Of a stretch of 64,000 nt of DNA, positions 19,230 through 28,739 are shown in pieces; positions within the stretch are counted from its first letter, which is position 1; each line of letters begins with the position of its first letter. The position numbers and the translations under genes are program-made. Source of the DNA: Methanobacteriota archaeon. Its GTDB lineage: Archaea; Thermoplasmatota; Poseidoniia; Poseidoniales; Poseidoniaceae. The notes beneath the pieces are model-generated. The model had not been told where the DNA came from. It worked only from the letters and a program-made list of their open reading frames with translations, and made no database searches. Location of the stretch: contig PBHR01000001.1 of assembly GCA_002720275.1 (NCBI GenBank), positions 10,126-74,125 on the forward strand, in the 5' to 3' direction.

Positions 19230-20117
19230 ATGGTGTTCGAATGGCCAATGAATGTTGCCCATTGTGACATTTGTGGAGAAGACAATGTTAGAAAAATTTC
19301 TAAAAAGGGTCAATTCAATGAAGAAGTGAACGTAGTATTGTGTAAAAATGATGGATTTGTTTATCTTTCACCAAGATGGGATGAGGAAGGATATAAGCAA
19401 TATTATAGCCAAAAGTATAGTGCAATATTTCCCCAATTTGACAACCAAGAGGATTTGATCGAGGAGCCGTATAAAAGGGTAGTGAGTCGTATCAGTCCCC
19501 ACTTGAAAAATACACCATCTAATGTATTGAGTATTGGTGCTGGTAAAGGATGTGTACTTCGTTTATTGAAAAGAAAATTTGAGAATATAGACTGTTCTGC
19601 AATTGAGCCATCAGAAGAGTGTAGGAAATATCTTTCTGAAAATTTTGGATATTCTATTTTAGCAGATGATATTGGTAGTAATTGGGAAGATGGACTTGAA
19701 GATTTTTTTGACATAATTGTTATGAGGCATGTTTTAGAACATTTGTTGAATCCTATTGATTCTTTAAAAAAAGTACGTAATTCGTTAAATGATTCAGGAA
19801 TTGCTTACATTGCCGTTCCGGATATGATGTCCCCTAAAGGAAGTTTGAAAAGATATTTTTTTAGAGCACCTCATGTATCTTATTTTTCAAAATCAACTTT
19901 AAGTTATTTTCTTAACAAAGCATGTTTGGAAATTATTGAAATTAAAGAACAAGATGGTGAATTGTGGTGCGTTGTGAAGCCAGGGGACGAAGATAAAACG
20001 AAAACCATCCCTTCTGATAATTTTTCAATACAATTAAATCTAATTAGAAAATATAAAAAAAGTCAAAGAATTCCTGAATTTAAATCCTTTATTGCTAGAT
20101 TAATTGGTAGGGAATAG
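19230..20117 (+). CDS. Class I SAM-dependent methyltransferase with N-terminal zinc ribbon
   Basis: CDICGEDN...VVLCKNDGFVY ribbon and SIGAGKGCVLRLL motif I. Confidence 0.6.
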   Translation: MVFEWPMNVAHCDICGEDNVRKISKKGQFNEEVNVVLCKNDGFVYLSPRWDEEGYKQYYSQKYSAIFPQFDNQEDLIEEPYKRVVSRISPHLKNTPSNVLSIGAGKGCVLRLLKRKFENIDCSAIEPSEECRKYLSENFGYSILADDIGSNWEDGLEDFFDIIVMRHVLEHLLNPIDSLKKVRNSLNDSGIAYIAVPDMMSPKGSLKRYFFRAPHVSYFSKSTLSYFLNKACLEIIEIKEQDGELWCVVKPGDEDKTKTIPSDNFSIQLNLIRKYKKSQRIPEFKSFIARLIGRE

Positions 20118-20180
20118 TAGTTTGGAAAACTTGTATTTAATTTGCGCTAATTCTAAGGCCCTCCTTTATTAGCACAGGTT

Positions 20181-20558
20181 ATGCGCTTTGAATGTGATAT
20201 GCTAGAGGATTTTAATGAAGCATTTGAAATACCCTATTCTCAAACTCCAACTTTGGGTGAAAAAGAATTAGGTGAATTAAGAATAAGACTACTTGAAGAA
20301 GAAGTTCAAGAATATGCTGATGCTGTAAGAAGTGGGGATTTATTGGAAATTTTAGATGCTCTTGGGGACATCGCATATATTTTAGCAGGAAGTGTCTTGA
20401 ATCATGGTTTACAACATGTGATTGATGATGCTTTTACTGAAATACATCGTTCAAATATGGCTAAATTAGTTGACGGGAAAGTTTTGAAAAGAGCTGATGG
20501 AAAGGTTGTAAAACCAGACGATTGGAAACCTCCAAATCTAAAACAGTTTTTAGAGTAA
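20181..20558 (+). CDS. MazG-like nucleotide pyrophosphohydrolase (all-alpha NTP-PPase)
   Basis: EEVQEYADAV...LLEILDALGDIAYILAG...HRSNMAKLVDGKV...WKPP resembles the small MazG/HisE-like fold. Confidence 0.5.
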   Translation: MRFECDMLEDFNEAFEIPYSQTPTLGEKELGELRIRLLEEEVQEYADAVRSGDLLEILDALGDIAYILAGSVLNHGLQHVIDDAFTEIHRSNMAKLVDGKVLKRADGKVVKPDDWKPPNLKQFLE

Positions 20559-21143
20559 ATTTTCAATCTCTTCCTCAGATAATTCTCGGAATGTTGCATT
20601 TTCATGCAATATTTTAGAATGCCCCATGGGGTCTAAAAATTTCAAAGTTAATTTAATCGGAATTTCTCCATTTAGCATTTTGTTTATCTTTTCTAAAAGT
20701 AAATTACATTTTTCTAAATCATCTTTGTCTTCTTCAATTAATTGATTCCTTGTAATATTTATGGCATCAATAAACCTGTTTATTACTCCTTCAACATTTG
20801 AAACATATCCAGAGGAGTGAATTCCTGGATATACTGCTAATTCTAATTCTGGAATTTCTACAGTGCAGTTTGAACCTCTTACAACCCTTGCATTCAATTC
20901 ATCAATAGATTTGATTTCCAATACCCAACTGCCAGGAATTTTACCTTCGGCTGGAATGAAATCTGTTTGTTTTAATCCACAACTAGAGCAGGAAAGTGTA
21001 ATTTGAGTGTGTTCTCCAAAATATGCTATTTGAGTTGTATGTGCAATCATTTTCAAACTATTTTCATCACCACAAACGGGGCAAGAAGTTTCTAGTGGTG
21101 ACTCCATTAATATCGCCTTAGTGTACAAATGCTTCGTCTTCAA
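20550..21143 (-). CDS. ZPR1-type C4 zinc-finger protein (COG1779-like)
   Basis: CPVCGDEN-x25-CSSCGLK with Cx2C-x25-Cx2C spacing, followed by a beta-rich domain. Confidence 0.45.
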   Translation of the reverse strand: MKTKHLYTKAILMESPLETSCPVCGDENSLKMIAHTTQIAYFGEHTQITLSCSSCGLKQTDFIPAEGKIPGSWVLEIKSIDELNARVVRGSNCTVEIPELELAVYPGIHSSGYVSNVEGVINRFIDAINITRNQLIEEDKDDLEKCNLLLEKINKMLNGEIPIKLTLKFLDPMGHSKILHENATFRELSEEEIENLL

Positions 21144-21618
21144 GACCCTTCATGCCTTTACAAGAGGGTGGTAAAATCAGTAATCTAGTTTCAGATAATT
21201 GCAGAATTTCCCCTCCTAGATCTTCAATTATGAATTGATTTAGTTTTATAACAATTTCAGAAAGTATTTCGTCTTCTGATAAAATATCCTTTAAATCTAC
21301 TATACTAACGTCTCCATCAGAGGCCCAATTGAATAATTGAAAAATTCCATTTTTTCCTAATAAATTAGCTCTGTGGATAATAAAACCATCTTTATTTGAA
21401 ACATTTGCATTTGGGTAAAGTAATCCTAAATCATGATAAATGATATTTGTTTTTTTAACGGGTTTAACAACATTGTTTAAACTAGGCATTATAACACCCT
21501 TTAAAGGCTCTTTTGAAAATGGTTTAACACTTCGTTTCTCAGTCACATCTTCAGCATCAAATAGTGCGTTAATGTCTTCTTCACCGAATGGAAGTTTAGT
21601 CTGTTTGTCATCATCCAC
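21118..21618 (-). CDS. Hypothetical protein, weak resemblance to SepF-like C-terminal domain
   Basis: 166 aa. C-terminal ...IVIKLNQFIIEDLGGEILQLSETRLLILPP recalls the SepF core. No firm motif. Confidence 0.3.
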   Translation of the reverse strand: MDDDKQTKLPFGEEDINALFDAEDVTEKRSVKPFSKEPLKGVIMPSLNNVVKPVKKTNIIYHDLGLLYPNANVSNKDGFIIHRANLLGKNGIFQLFNWASDGDVSIVDLKDILSEDEILSEIVIKLNQFIIEDLGGEILQLSETRLLILPPSCKGMKGLEDEAFVH

Positions 21619-21712
21619 GACATGTCTGTTTAATTGTGGGTCTTCAAGTCTTTTGTTGAAATTGGTAATAAATTTGACTTTTTTAGTGTACTTTATTCGT
21701 CGGGTTGATAAA

Positions 21713-21732
21713 CCACCTCTGTACAGGGGTGG
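21713..21732. promoter_or_regulatory. GC-rich dyad-symmetric element (CCACCTCTGTACAGGGGTGG) in divergent promoter region
   Basis: Imperfect palindrome around a TGTACA core, 9 potential base pairs. Lies between divergently transcribed 21118..21618 and psmB. Confidence 0.3.
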
Positions 21733-21765
21733 GTAAGAGCATCCTCATATTAGTGACCCGTTCTG

Positions 21766-22404
21766 GTGATAATAATGGAATCAACAATGGATAAATTGAA
21801 GACAGGAACTAGTACATTGGGAATTTGTTATGATGGTGGTGTAGTTGTTGGTGCAGATCATAGGGCAACTATGGGACATTTTATCGCAAACAAAAGTGTT
21901 CAAAAATTATTCAAAATTGGGCCTAATTTAGCCCTAACTACAGCAGGTCTTGTTGGGCATGCTCAAAGTTTATCTAGGACATTAAATGCTGAAACTACAC
22001 TTTATCAATTGAAAAGAGGCCATTCAATGACAGTAAAGGGAGCAGCAACTTTAACAGCAAATATTTTGCTAGGCAGACCCTATTGGGTTCAATTACTAAT
22101 CGTTGGTGTTGATGATTCGGGACCAAGTGTATACAGTATAGATGGTGCTGGTGGCTCAATTCCTGATGTTTATTGTGCAACTGGTTCCGGTTCTCCATAT
22201 ATGTATGGTGTTTTAGAAGATGGGTTTCGTGAAGGAATGCAAAAAAATGATGCTATTAAATTGGCTGCGAGAGCATTACTTGCATCCGGACAGCGTGATG
22301 CTGCTTCTGGAAACGGAATGGATTTAGCATATATTACGCAATCTGAAGGTTTTGTGTTACTTTCTAATGATGAAGTGGATAAGATAATTGCATCTTTGAA
22401 ATAA
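21766..22404 (+). CDS. psmB: Proteasome beta subunit
   Basis: Propeptide then TGTSTLGICYDGGVVVGADHRATMG matches the Ntn-hydrolase TTTVGI...DxRxT signature. Confidence 0.9.
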   Translation: MIIMESTMDKLKTGTSTLGICYDGGVVVGADHRATMGHFIANKSVQKLFKIGPNLALTTAGLVGHAQSLSRTLNAETTLYQLKRGHSMTVKGAATLTANILLGRPYWVQLLIVGVDDSGPSVYSIDGAGGSIPDVYCATGSGSPYMYGVLEDGFREGMQKNDAIKLAARALLASGQRDAASGNGMDLAYITQSEGFVLLSNDEVDKIIASLK

Positions 22405-22471
22405 TTTTCCCGGCTGGCCCGCCTTTAGGGCAACTCATTGAGTGGGTTTAGATTTGGGAGAAGGTGATGAA

Positions 22472-24376
22472 ATGAGGCTTAGTTTTCATGAAGTAAAAAG
22501 TAAGATATCAAGTATGGTTCCTAAAGATTTGGAATATAAAGTAGATTTAGAGGCTGCAACTGTTGCACTTGTTACCAATCAACCCGAAAGATTTGGTTCT
22601 GGTAGTGGTTTAACTGGTGAGATTGCAAAGGCAATAAAAAGAAGAGTAGTTATTAGACCCGATAAAAGTATTTTATTGTCTGAAAAAGATTCAGTAACTG
22701 AGATAGAATCTATAATTCCCGAGGAGGCTGGACTAAATGATTATTATTTCGATCCTTGTTTTTCTGAATTAACTTTGACATGTGATGACCCTGGAACTGC
22801 AGTTGGTAGAAGAGGGGAAAATATCAATAAACTAAGAGATAAAATCGGTTGGATTGTAAAAGTTGAGAGGACTCCTTCATTGAAGAGTAAAACTGTTGTT
22901 GACATCAGAGGTTTTAGAAAATCTCATGCAGAAGAAAGGAGAAAACTATTACGAGATTTTGGTAGAAATATCTTCAGGCCCAAATTATCAGGTGGTTCGT
23001 GGGCTAGATTGACAGCTTTAGGATCTTATAGGGAAGTTGGAAGGGCATGTCATTTAATTACAACTAATGAGTCTAGAGTTATGATTGATGTTGGAGTTAA
23101 TATTGCTTCGACTACAGACCCGTTGCCTTACTTTAATGCTCCTGAGGCATTACCTTTAGAAAAGATAGATGCAGTGGTGCTTACTCATGCTCACTTAGAT
23201 CATGCAGGCATGTTGCCCGTGTTGTTTAAATATGGTTACAAAGGACCTGTTTATTGTACTCCACCAACTAGAGATATGATGTTGATATTACAATCTGATT
23301 ACCTTAAAGTAGCGGGTGTAGAGGGTAAGTCGCCACCTTATGAGATGGAACATGTTAGAGAAGCTATGAAACATGTCATTGATGTTAATTGGAAAGAAAC
23401 AACAGATATTACACCGGACATAAAAATGACAATGTCTAATTCTGGGCATATTCTAGGTTCATCGGCATGCCATTTCCATATTGGTGAAGGAAAACACAAT
23501 ATTGTTTTTACAGGGGATTCAAAATTCGAAAAGAGTTGGTTGTTTGATGCGGCAAATGTAAAATTCCCAAGGTGTGAAACATTAGTAATTGAATCTACCT
23601 ATGGCGCACAAGGTGATTTTCAACCCTCACGTCTAGAAGCAACTTCGGAATTGCAAGAAATTATTAAAAGAACTATTGGAAGAAATGGAAAAATGATTTT
23701 GCCTGTATTTGCAGTAGGTAGAAGTCAAGAAGTGATGATTGCTATTGATGAATTGTTCCGCAGTGGTGATTTTAAACCTTGCACTGTATATTTGGATGGA
23801 ATGATTCAGGAAGCAACAGCAATCCATGCTTCACATCCTGATTTTTTAACAAGGGATCTGAAAAACTCTATTCAAAAAGACTCTGATAGTAATCCTTTCA
23901 GCGCCCCTTGGTTCCGTAAAGTACAGGGTAGGGAAATGAGAGAATCTATCTTAGTTGATCCAAATCCATGCATTGTTTTAGCAACAAGTGGAATGTTGAA
24001 TGGTGGACCTGTAATGACTTATTTTAGGCATTGGGCTGCAAATGAGAGAAATGCTTTATGTTTTGTTGGCTATCAAGCAGAGGGAACTATTGGAAGGAGA
24101 CTTCAAAAAGGATTTAAACAAGTTCAAATGTTTTATGATGGTGAAACAATAAATTTAGAAGTTAATTGTGAATATATCACAATCGATGGATTTAGTGGTC
24201 ATTCTGATAGGAAACAACTATTGGATTTTGTAGACCAATTAAATCCAAAACCGAATGCGATTATTTGCCATCATGGAGATTATAGGAAATGCAGTGAATT
24301 GGGTAGGGCTCTTAGAGAAAAATACAAGGTTAGGTCTTATTCTCCACAAAATCTTGAAACAATAAGGTTGTTCTAA
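22472..24376 (+). CDS. fttA: aCPSF1/FttA beta-CASP ribonuclease with N-terminal KH domains
   Basis: KH-like N-terminus, metallo-beta-lactamase motif THAHLDHAGMLP, beta-CASP region. GGAGAAGGTGATGA Shine-Dalgarno-like motif upstream of the internal ATG. Confidence 0.85.
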   Translation: MRLSFHEVKSKISSMVPKDLEYKVDLEAATVALVTNQPERFGSGSGLTGEIAKAIKRRVVIRPDKSILLSEKDSVTEIESIIPEEAGLNDYYFDPCFSELTLTCDDPGTAVGRRGENINKLRDKIGWIVKVERTPSLKSKTVVDIRGFRKSHAEERRKLLRDFGRNIFRPKLSGGSWARLTALGSYREVGRACHLITTNESRVMIDVGVNIASTTDPLPYFNAPEALPLEKIDAVVLTHAHLDHAGMLPVLFKYGYKGPVYCTPPTRDMMLILQSDYLKVAGVEGKSPPYEMEHVREAMKHVIDVNWKETTDITPDIKMTMSNSGHILGSSACHFHIGEGKHNIVFTGDSKFEKSWLFDAANVKFPRCETLVIESTYGAQGDFQPSRLEATSELQEIIKRTIGRNGKMILPVFAVGRSQEVMIAIDELFRSGDFKPCTVYLDGMIQEATAIHASHPDFLTRDLKNSIQKDSDSNPFSAPWFRKVQGREMRESILVDPNPCIVLATSGMLNGGPVMTYFRHWAANERNALCFVGYQAEGTIGRRLQKGFKQVQMFYDGETINLEVNCEYITIDGFSGHSDRKQLLDFVDQLNPKPNAIICHHGDYRKCSELGRALREKYKVRSYSPQNLETIRLF

Positions 24377-24742
24377 TTACAAAGGTAAATCCCATCCTTC
24401 TTCTAAAACATCAGGTATATTTTCATTTGAAGACTCATGATTTTTATGTGTGTTTAAATCACTTTTTAAGTTAATAGTCTTTGATTTTTGAGTCATTGTT
24501 GTCTCTGAATTAAGTTGTGGAAATAACTTATTATGATCTGTTTTTTTAGTTGTAAACATAGAGATGATGAAAATGAATATTAAAGATGAGAGTACAATAA
24601 CTAAAACCCAATATTTTTCACTTGGTTCATGAATTATTTTGTATAGTGATACAACGAGGATGAGAATTTGAGTAACTAAAATAAAATATCTTATCTGCGT
24701 TTTTTCAAACTCCATGGATGGTCTGAAGGAGGGTGCATTCAT
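24377..24742 (-). CDS. Small membrane protein, hypothetical
   Basis: Two hydrophobic helices (ILVTQILILVVSLY, WVLVIVLSSLIFIFIISMF). Confidence 0.3.
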   Translation of the reverse strand: MNAPSFRPSMEFEKTQIRYFILVTQILILVVSLYKIIHEPSEKYWVLVIVLSSLIFIFIISMFTTKKTDHNKLFPQLNSETTMTQKSKTINLKSDLNTHKNHESSNENIPDVLEEGWDLPL

Positions 24743-25406
24743 GAACCCCTTACATTACCCGCTATACATGAGGGGTCCACAGATCTCAAGTTGTCCAGGT
24801 TGGTTAATGACTGCTGTAGCACCTTGGGGTGAGAATAAAGAGGATGCTTATGATCAAGGACTTGTTGAATTGGGACTTGGAGATGCAAGATTAATTCGTG
24901 TAGAAGGTGCAATGTTGCCTATGGGTTTTGAACCTATAGCACCAGAATCTCTGCCTATGGGTAGTTTAGTAGAATGTCACTTAGCCATTGCTTATTCATT
25001 TGATAGTGGTATTGCTTCAGCAGGTGTTGCTTGGGCACATTGTAAAACACCAGAAGGAGATGAATGCTCAATTACGGCTTCTATTTCTACACAAAAAGAC
25101 TCAATTACTACTGATGAATTGTTAAGGAAAAATTTTAGAAATAAATTAGCGAGTAGGGATTTAGAAGTAATAGAATTTGACATTGCAGTAGATGAGGTTA
25201 CTGCAGGACCTGGGCATCATGGTGTTGCTTTGGCAGCATTAATATTGCCTGAAACAATGTCTTTTCAACATTCAGATCAATTGGGAAGAGTGCGTAGTGG
25301 TTTGACTAGATCCGTAAATGAGGTTAGAAATTTAAATATGAAAGAATCAAAATCACCGGTTCCAAGAGGGCCTAAAAGGGATGATGAAATAGATTTCAAC
25401 ATATGA
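24741..25406 (+). CDS. pdaD: Pyruvoyl-dependent arginine decarboxylase
   Basis: MNPLHYPLY...SSCPGW...AYDQGLVELGLGDARLIRVEGAMLP...LPMGSLVECHLAIAYS aligns with the PdaD family, including the N-terminal NPLH. Confidence 0.55.
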   Translation: MNPLHYPLYMRGPQISSCPGWLMTAVAPWGENKEDAYDQGLVELGLGDARLIRVEGAMLPMGFEPIAPESLPMGSLVECHLAIAYSFDSGIASAGVAWAHCKTPEGDECSITASISTQKDSITTDELLRKNFRNKLASRDLEVIEFDIAVDEVTAGPGHHGVALAALILPETMSFQHSDQLGRVRSGLTRSVNEVRNLNMKESKSPVPRGPKRDDEIDFNI

Positions 25407-25415
25407 GTTGTAATA

Positions 25416-25865
25416 ATGTCAAAAAAAACACCCTCATATCTTGTAATTCTTTGTAATGAGTGTAATTATTATTTTGGAAAGCATAAAAAATCAAAACTTA
25501 ATTGTCCTAGGTGCGGTTCTTTACAAAATTCACCACAAATCTATGGTAGGGTTGATGATTCAAACTCATTACATGATTTAGTTTCAGAATTGAATATTCC
25601 TGAAGAATTAAGAAGTGATTTTAAAAATTTAAACCAAAATAATGAAGATATAAACGAACCTAATAATTTAATCGATTTAATACCTATGATGTTTAATGAA
25701 ACAACTAATTCTGAAGGAGAATTGACATTAGTTGATGTAGAAAAATATGTTAAAAAAAAGAATCTAAAAATAACCCCGAGAGAACTTTTGGAAGTTTGTG
25801 AATTTGAAGGTTTATTGATTAGGTTACATGGTGAAAAGTGGAAAGTAATATCTGAATCCTTATGA
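25416..25865 (+). CDS. Zinc-ribbon protein, hypothetical
   Basis: CNECNYYFGKHKKSKLNCPRCGS Cx2C-x14-Cx2C. Confidence 0.4.
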   Translation: MSKKTPSYLVILCNECNYYFGKHKKSKLNCPRCGSLQNSPQIYGRVDDSNSLHDLVSELNIPEELRSDFKNLNQNNEDINEPNNLIDLIPMMFNETTNSEGELTLVDVEKYVKKKNLKITPRELLEVCEFEGLLIRLHGEKWKVISESL

Positions 25866-25891
25866 CTGTAAATAATGTCGGCTGTCTGTTA

Positions 25892-25965
25892 GGGCCCGTG
25901 GGTTAGTTTGGCTATGCTTGGAGCTTTGGGAGCTTTAGACCCCGGTTCAAATCCGGGCGGGCCCA
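25892..25965 (+). tRNA. tRNA-Pro (anticodon UGG)
   Basis: Perfect 7-bp acceptor stem GGGCCCG/CGGGCCC with discriminator A. T-arm CCCGG-UUCAAAU-CCGGG. Anticodon stem GGAGC/GCUUU with loop UUUGGGA. Oligo-T immediately downstream. D-stem pairing is weak. Confidence 0.7.
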
Positions 25966-25980
25966 TCTTTTTTCTATTTT
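25966..25980 (+). terminator. Oligo-T tract (tcttttttctatttt) after tRNA-Pro, putative archaeal terminator
   Basis: T-run directly 3' of the tRNA. Confidence 0.35.
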
Positions 25981-26264
25981 CTATCTATAATTCCTTCTCT
26001 TTTAGTAAAACTTATTGAATTTTCTTCCTGCTTATTTTCATTTAAAAAATCATGAGGGTTATTTACAATAATTGTGATTATTAATCCGGATAAAGCGAAA
26101 GACAAGGCAAAAATAGCAATAATTATCGTTCTGTTTCTTTTTTCTTCTTCAGAATCATTGACGTCAGAATTGCTCATCATATTGCCTACAGGAATTAATA
26201 ACGAAAATCCAACTAAAATTATGATTGGTATTAAGAATTTTCTTGGCAGTAATTCAGACTCCAT
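25974..26264 (-). CDS. Small membrane protein, hypothetical
   Basis: Two TM helices. Confidence 0.3.
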   Translation of the reverse strand: MESELLPRKFLIPIIILVGFSLLIPVGNMMSNSDVNDSEEEKRNRTIIIAIFALSFALSGLIITIIVNNPHDFLNENKQEENSISFTKREGIIDRK

Positions 26265-26382
26265 TATTATGCTTCGAAAACAATCTAGCGTTTAAATTAT
26301 GTACATATTTTAGTCTTAATAGTATTTAGAAAGTAATTAAATTACTAAACAAGGTTTGAAATAGAGAACCATTTACAAATGT

Positions 26383-26955
26383 TTGATGGGTGAAATCATT
26401 ATTGCAATTACTGGTGCTTCTGGTGCAGCATATGGTTTAAGATTAATTGAAGTTCTTTCAGAACTTGGAATTGAAATGAGAGTAATAGTTACGGAATCTG
26501 CAAAATTGACATTAAAACATGAATGCGATTTCAATATCGATCAATTTAAATCTATAGAAGGCGTTCTATTAGAGGATAATGAAGACATTGCAGCAAAATC
26601 TGCAAGTGGTTCTGCAAAAATAGATGCCATGGTCATAGTTCCTTGTAGTGGAACAACTTTAGGTAAATTGGCAGCAGGTATTGGAGATAATTTGGTAACT
26701 AGAAGTGCCATAGTTTCAATGAAAGAAAGAAGAAAATTAATCATTGTTCCAAGAGAATCACCTCTGGCAACAGTCCATATAGAAAATATGTTGAAATTAT
26801 CTTCCTGGGATACTGTAATTTTGCCAGCAAGTCCTGGTTTTTACAATCATCCAAAATCTATTGATGATTTAATTGATTTTATTGTTTCAAGAATTTTAGA
26901 TCAATTAAAAATTGAAAATACTATTTCAAAAAGATGGACTGGTAATGAAATCTAA
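26383..26955 (+). CDS. ubiX: Flavin prenyltransferase UbiX/Pad1 family
   Basis: IIIAITGASGAAYGLRLIEVL...MVIVPCSGTTLGKLAAGIGDNLVTR. Confidence 0.8.
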   Translation: MMGEIIIAITGASGAAYGLRLIEVLSELGIEMRVIVTESAKLTLKHECDFNIDQFKSIEGVLLEDNEDIAAKSASGSAKIDAMVIVPCSGTTLGKLAAGIGDNLVTRSAIVSMKERRKLIIVPRESPLATVHIENMLKLSSWDTVILPASPGFYNHPKSIDDLIDFIVSRILDQLKIENTISKRWTGNEI

Positions 26956-27011
26956 ATTTTTCAGTTTAACTTTAGGATGAGTTCTTAATAATGAATTTTT
27001 AGCATCTCTTT

Positions 27012-28739
27012 ATGGCAGAGGATATGGAGTCACTTTCAGTCCCTGAACTCAAAAAAATTTTAAAAAATAAAAATTTACCAGTTTCTGGAAGAAAAAGTGA
27101 TTTGATTAAGAGGCTGGCGGAAGAAAACGCAAAAGATATTCAAATTTCAATACCTTTGTATAGTGAAAATAATCTTTGGAGGAGACTAAGAAATAAGAAA
27201 TGGGAACTTCGTAATGGTTATGTAATTTCAGCCGTTCATGTTTTTGTTAGTTTAATGGTTATTTTATCTACAGCAGGACTTGGTGCATATGCAGTGTCCC
27301 AATTTAATTCAAAAACACCAGATTATAATTTAATTCAATTCGATAGTTCCAAGGCAAGAGAATATACTCAGATGTTAGTTGATTTAGGTCATCCAGAATG
27401 GAACGGTAGGATGAGTGGATCAGTTGAAGAGCAAGCCACAGTAGACGCCATACAACAGAACTTTACAGAAATGGGTCTTATGTTGCAATATGAAACTTTC
27501 AATGTCCCTATGTTTGAAATCCGTTCTGAACCAGAACTTTCTATGTGTATACCAGGGGAGTACCCTTTTAGTCTTCAGAGTCCAACTCCTTGTGGCACCA
27601 CAGATATTAACGCAGAAATTATAAATTTTAATCATTTAACTGATTTTGTTTTACAAGGTTATTCCGGCACTAGAGAAATTCAGTTCTGGCAGGATGAATT
27701 TACAATTGCAAATCTTTCTGATGGAAGCGATGATTCCCTTTGGGATAATGCAAGTGGTCAAGTAGGTATATTGTGGTTAGATTCAGTGGGAGTTACAAGT
27801 AATACTGAATTTTATGCTAAAGCTAGAGATTCAAGTTTAGCGGGATTAATTATTGCAATTAATAAAGGAAATACTTGCAAACTCCCTTCATTAGAGGGAA
27901 CTTGTGTTCCATTTTTCAAAACTGTTGATGTGACTGAGTTAGGGACAATGCCAACAGATATTGCATTTATTATGGTTTCAAATGATGTTGGTAAAACGTT
28001 AAGTGATACTTTTGGAAATAAAGATCAAAATGATGTACGATTGAATTTAGTTACTGATGTTTATAATGATGGAACAATGGATGTTAGAGTACCTTGTGGA
28101 GTTTTACCTGGACAAACAGATGAATTAATCATAATTGGTGGTCATCATGATACAACATATAATGCGCCAGGGGCAGTTGATGATTCAAGTGGAGTTGCTA
28201 ACGTATTAGAATTAGCAAGGCAATTTAGCCTTTTATCAAATGAAATAGGCCCCTCCTATTATACCATTAAGTTTTGTACTTGGGGGGGTGAAGAAGAAGG
28301 TTTACATGGTTCAACAGCGTATGTAGATATGCATTCTATAGAATTATCCGAGATGCTCAGGCTCTATGTTAATTTTGACATGCCTCATGTAGATATTGAT
28401 TTAGAAACTAGAGGTAATAGCATTTCATTTTATGGTAATGGGATAGAAGATTTAGAGCATATATCAAACATTATTGAAGTTTTTAATAAAGAACAACCTG
28501 AAATTTCATCAAAATACGATTTAAGTTATTTCTATCAAAATGATGATGAGATCGCATGTAGTTCAGATCATTGTCCCTTTGTTAAAAAAATAAGTAAAGA
28601 CATTGTTGGTAGTTATGGCGGTGGCTCTTGGGAATATCATACTTACTTAGACGACATGTCTCGTTTTAATGAAGAAAGTTTATTTGTTACTGGAACTATC
28701 TTAGGTTCATATGTATTATATCTGGGATGGGGTGAATGA
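27012..28739 (+). CDS. Membrane-anchored M28-family metallopeptidase with N-terminal cytoplasmic SAP motif
   Basis: SAP: LSVPELKKILKNKNLPVSGRKSDLIKRLAEE. TM VISAVHVFVSLMVILSTAGLGAYAV. M28 metal ligands IIIGGHHDT...VDDSSGVANVLELAR...WGGEEEGLHGS...HCPF. Confidence 0.7.
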   Translation: MAEDMESLSVPELKKILKNKNLPVSGRKSDLIKRLAEENAKDIQISIPLYSENNLWRRLRNKKWELRNGYVISAVHVFVSLMVILSTAGLGAYAVSQFNSKTPDYNLIQFDSSKAREYTQMLVDLGHPEWNGRMSGSVEEQATVDAIQQNFTEMGLMLQYETFNVPMFEIRSEPELSMCIPGEYPFSLQSPTPCGTTDINAEIINFNHLTDFVLQGYSGTREIQFWQDEFTIANLSDGSDDSLWDNASGQVGILWLDSVGVTSNTEFYAKARDSSLAGLIIAINKGNTCKLPSLEGTCVPFFKTVDVTELGTMPTDIAFIMVSNDVGKTLSDTFGNKDQNDVRLNLVTDVYNDGTMDVRVPCGVLPGQTDELIIIGGHHDTTYNAPGAVDDSSGVANVLELARQFSLLSNEIGPSYYTIKFCTWGGEEEGLHGSTAYVDMHSIELSEMLRLYVNFDMPHVDIDLETRGNSISFYGNGIEDLEHISNIIEVFNKEQPEISSKYDLSYFYQNDDEIACSSDHCPFVKKISKDIVGSYGGGSWEYHTYLDDMSRFNEESLFVTGTILGSYVLYLGWGE

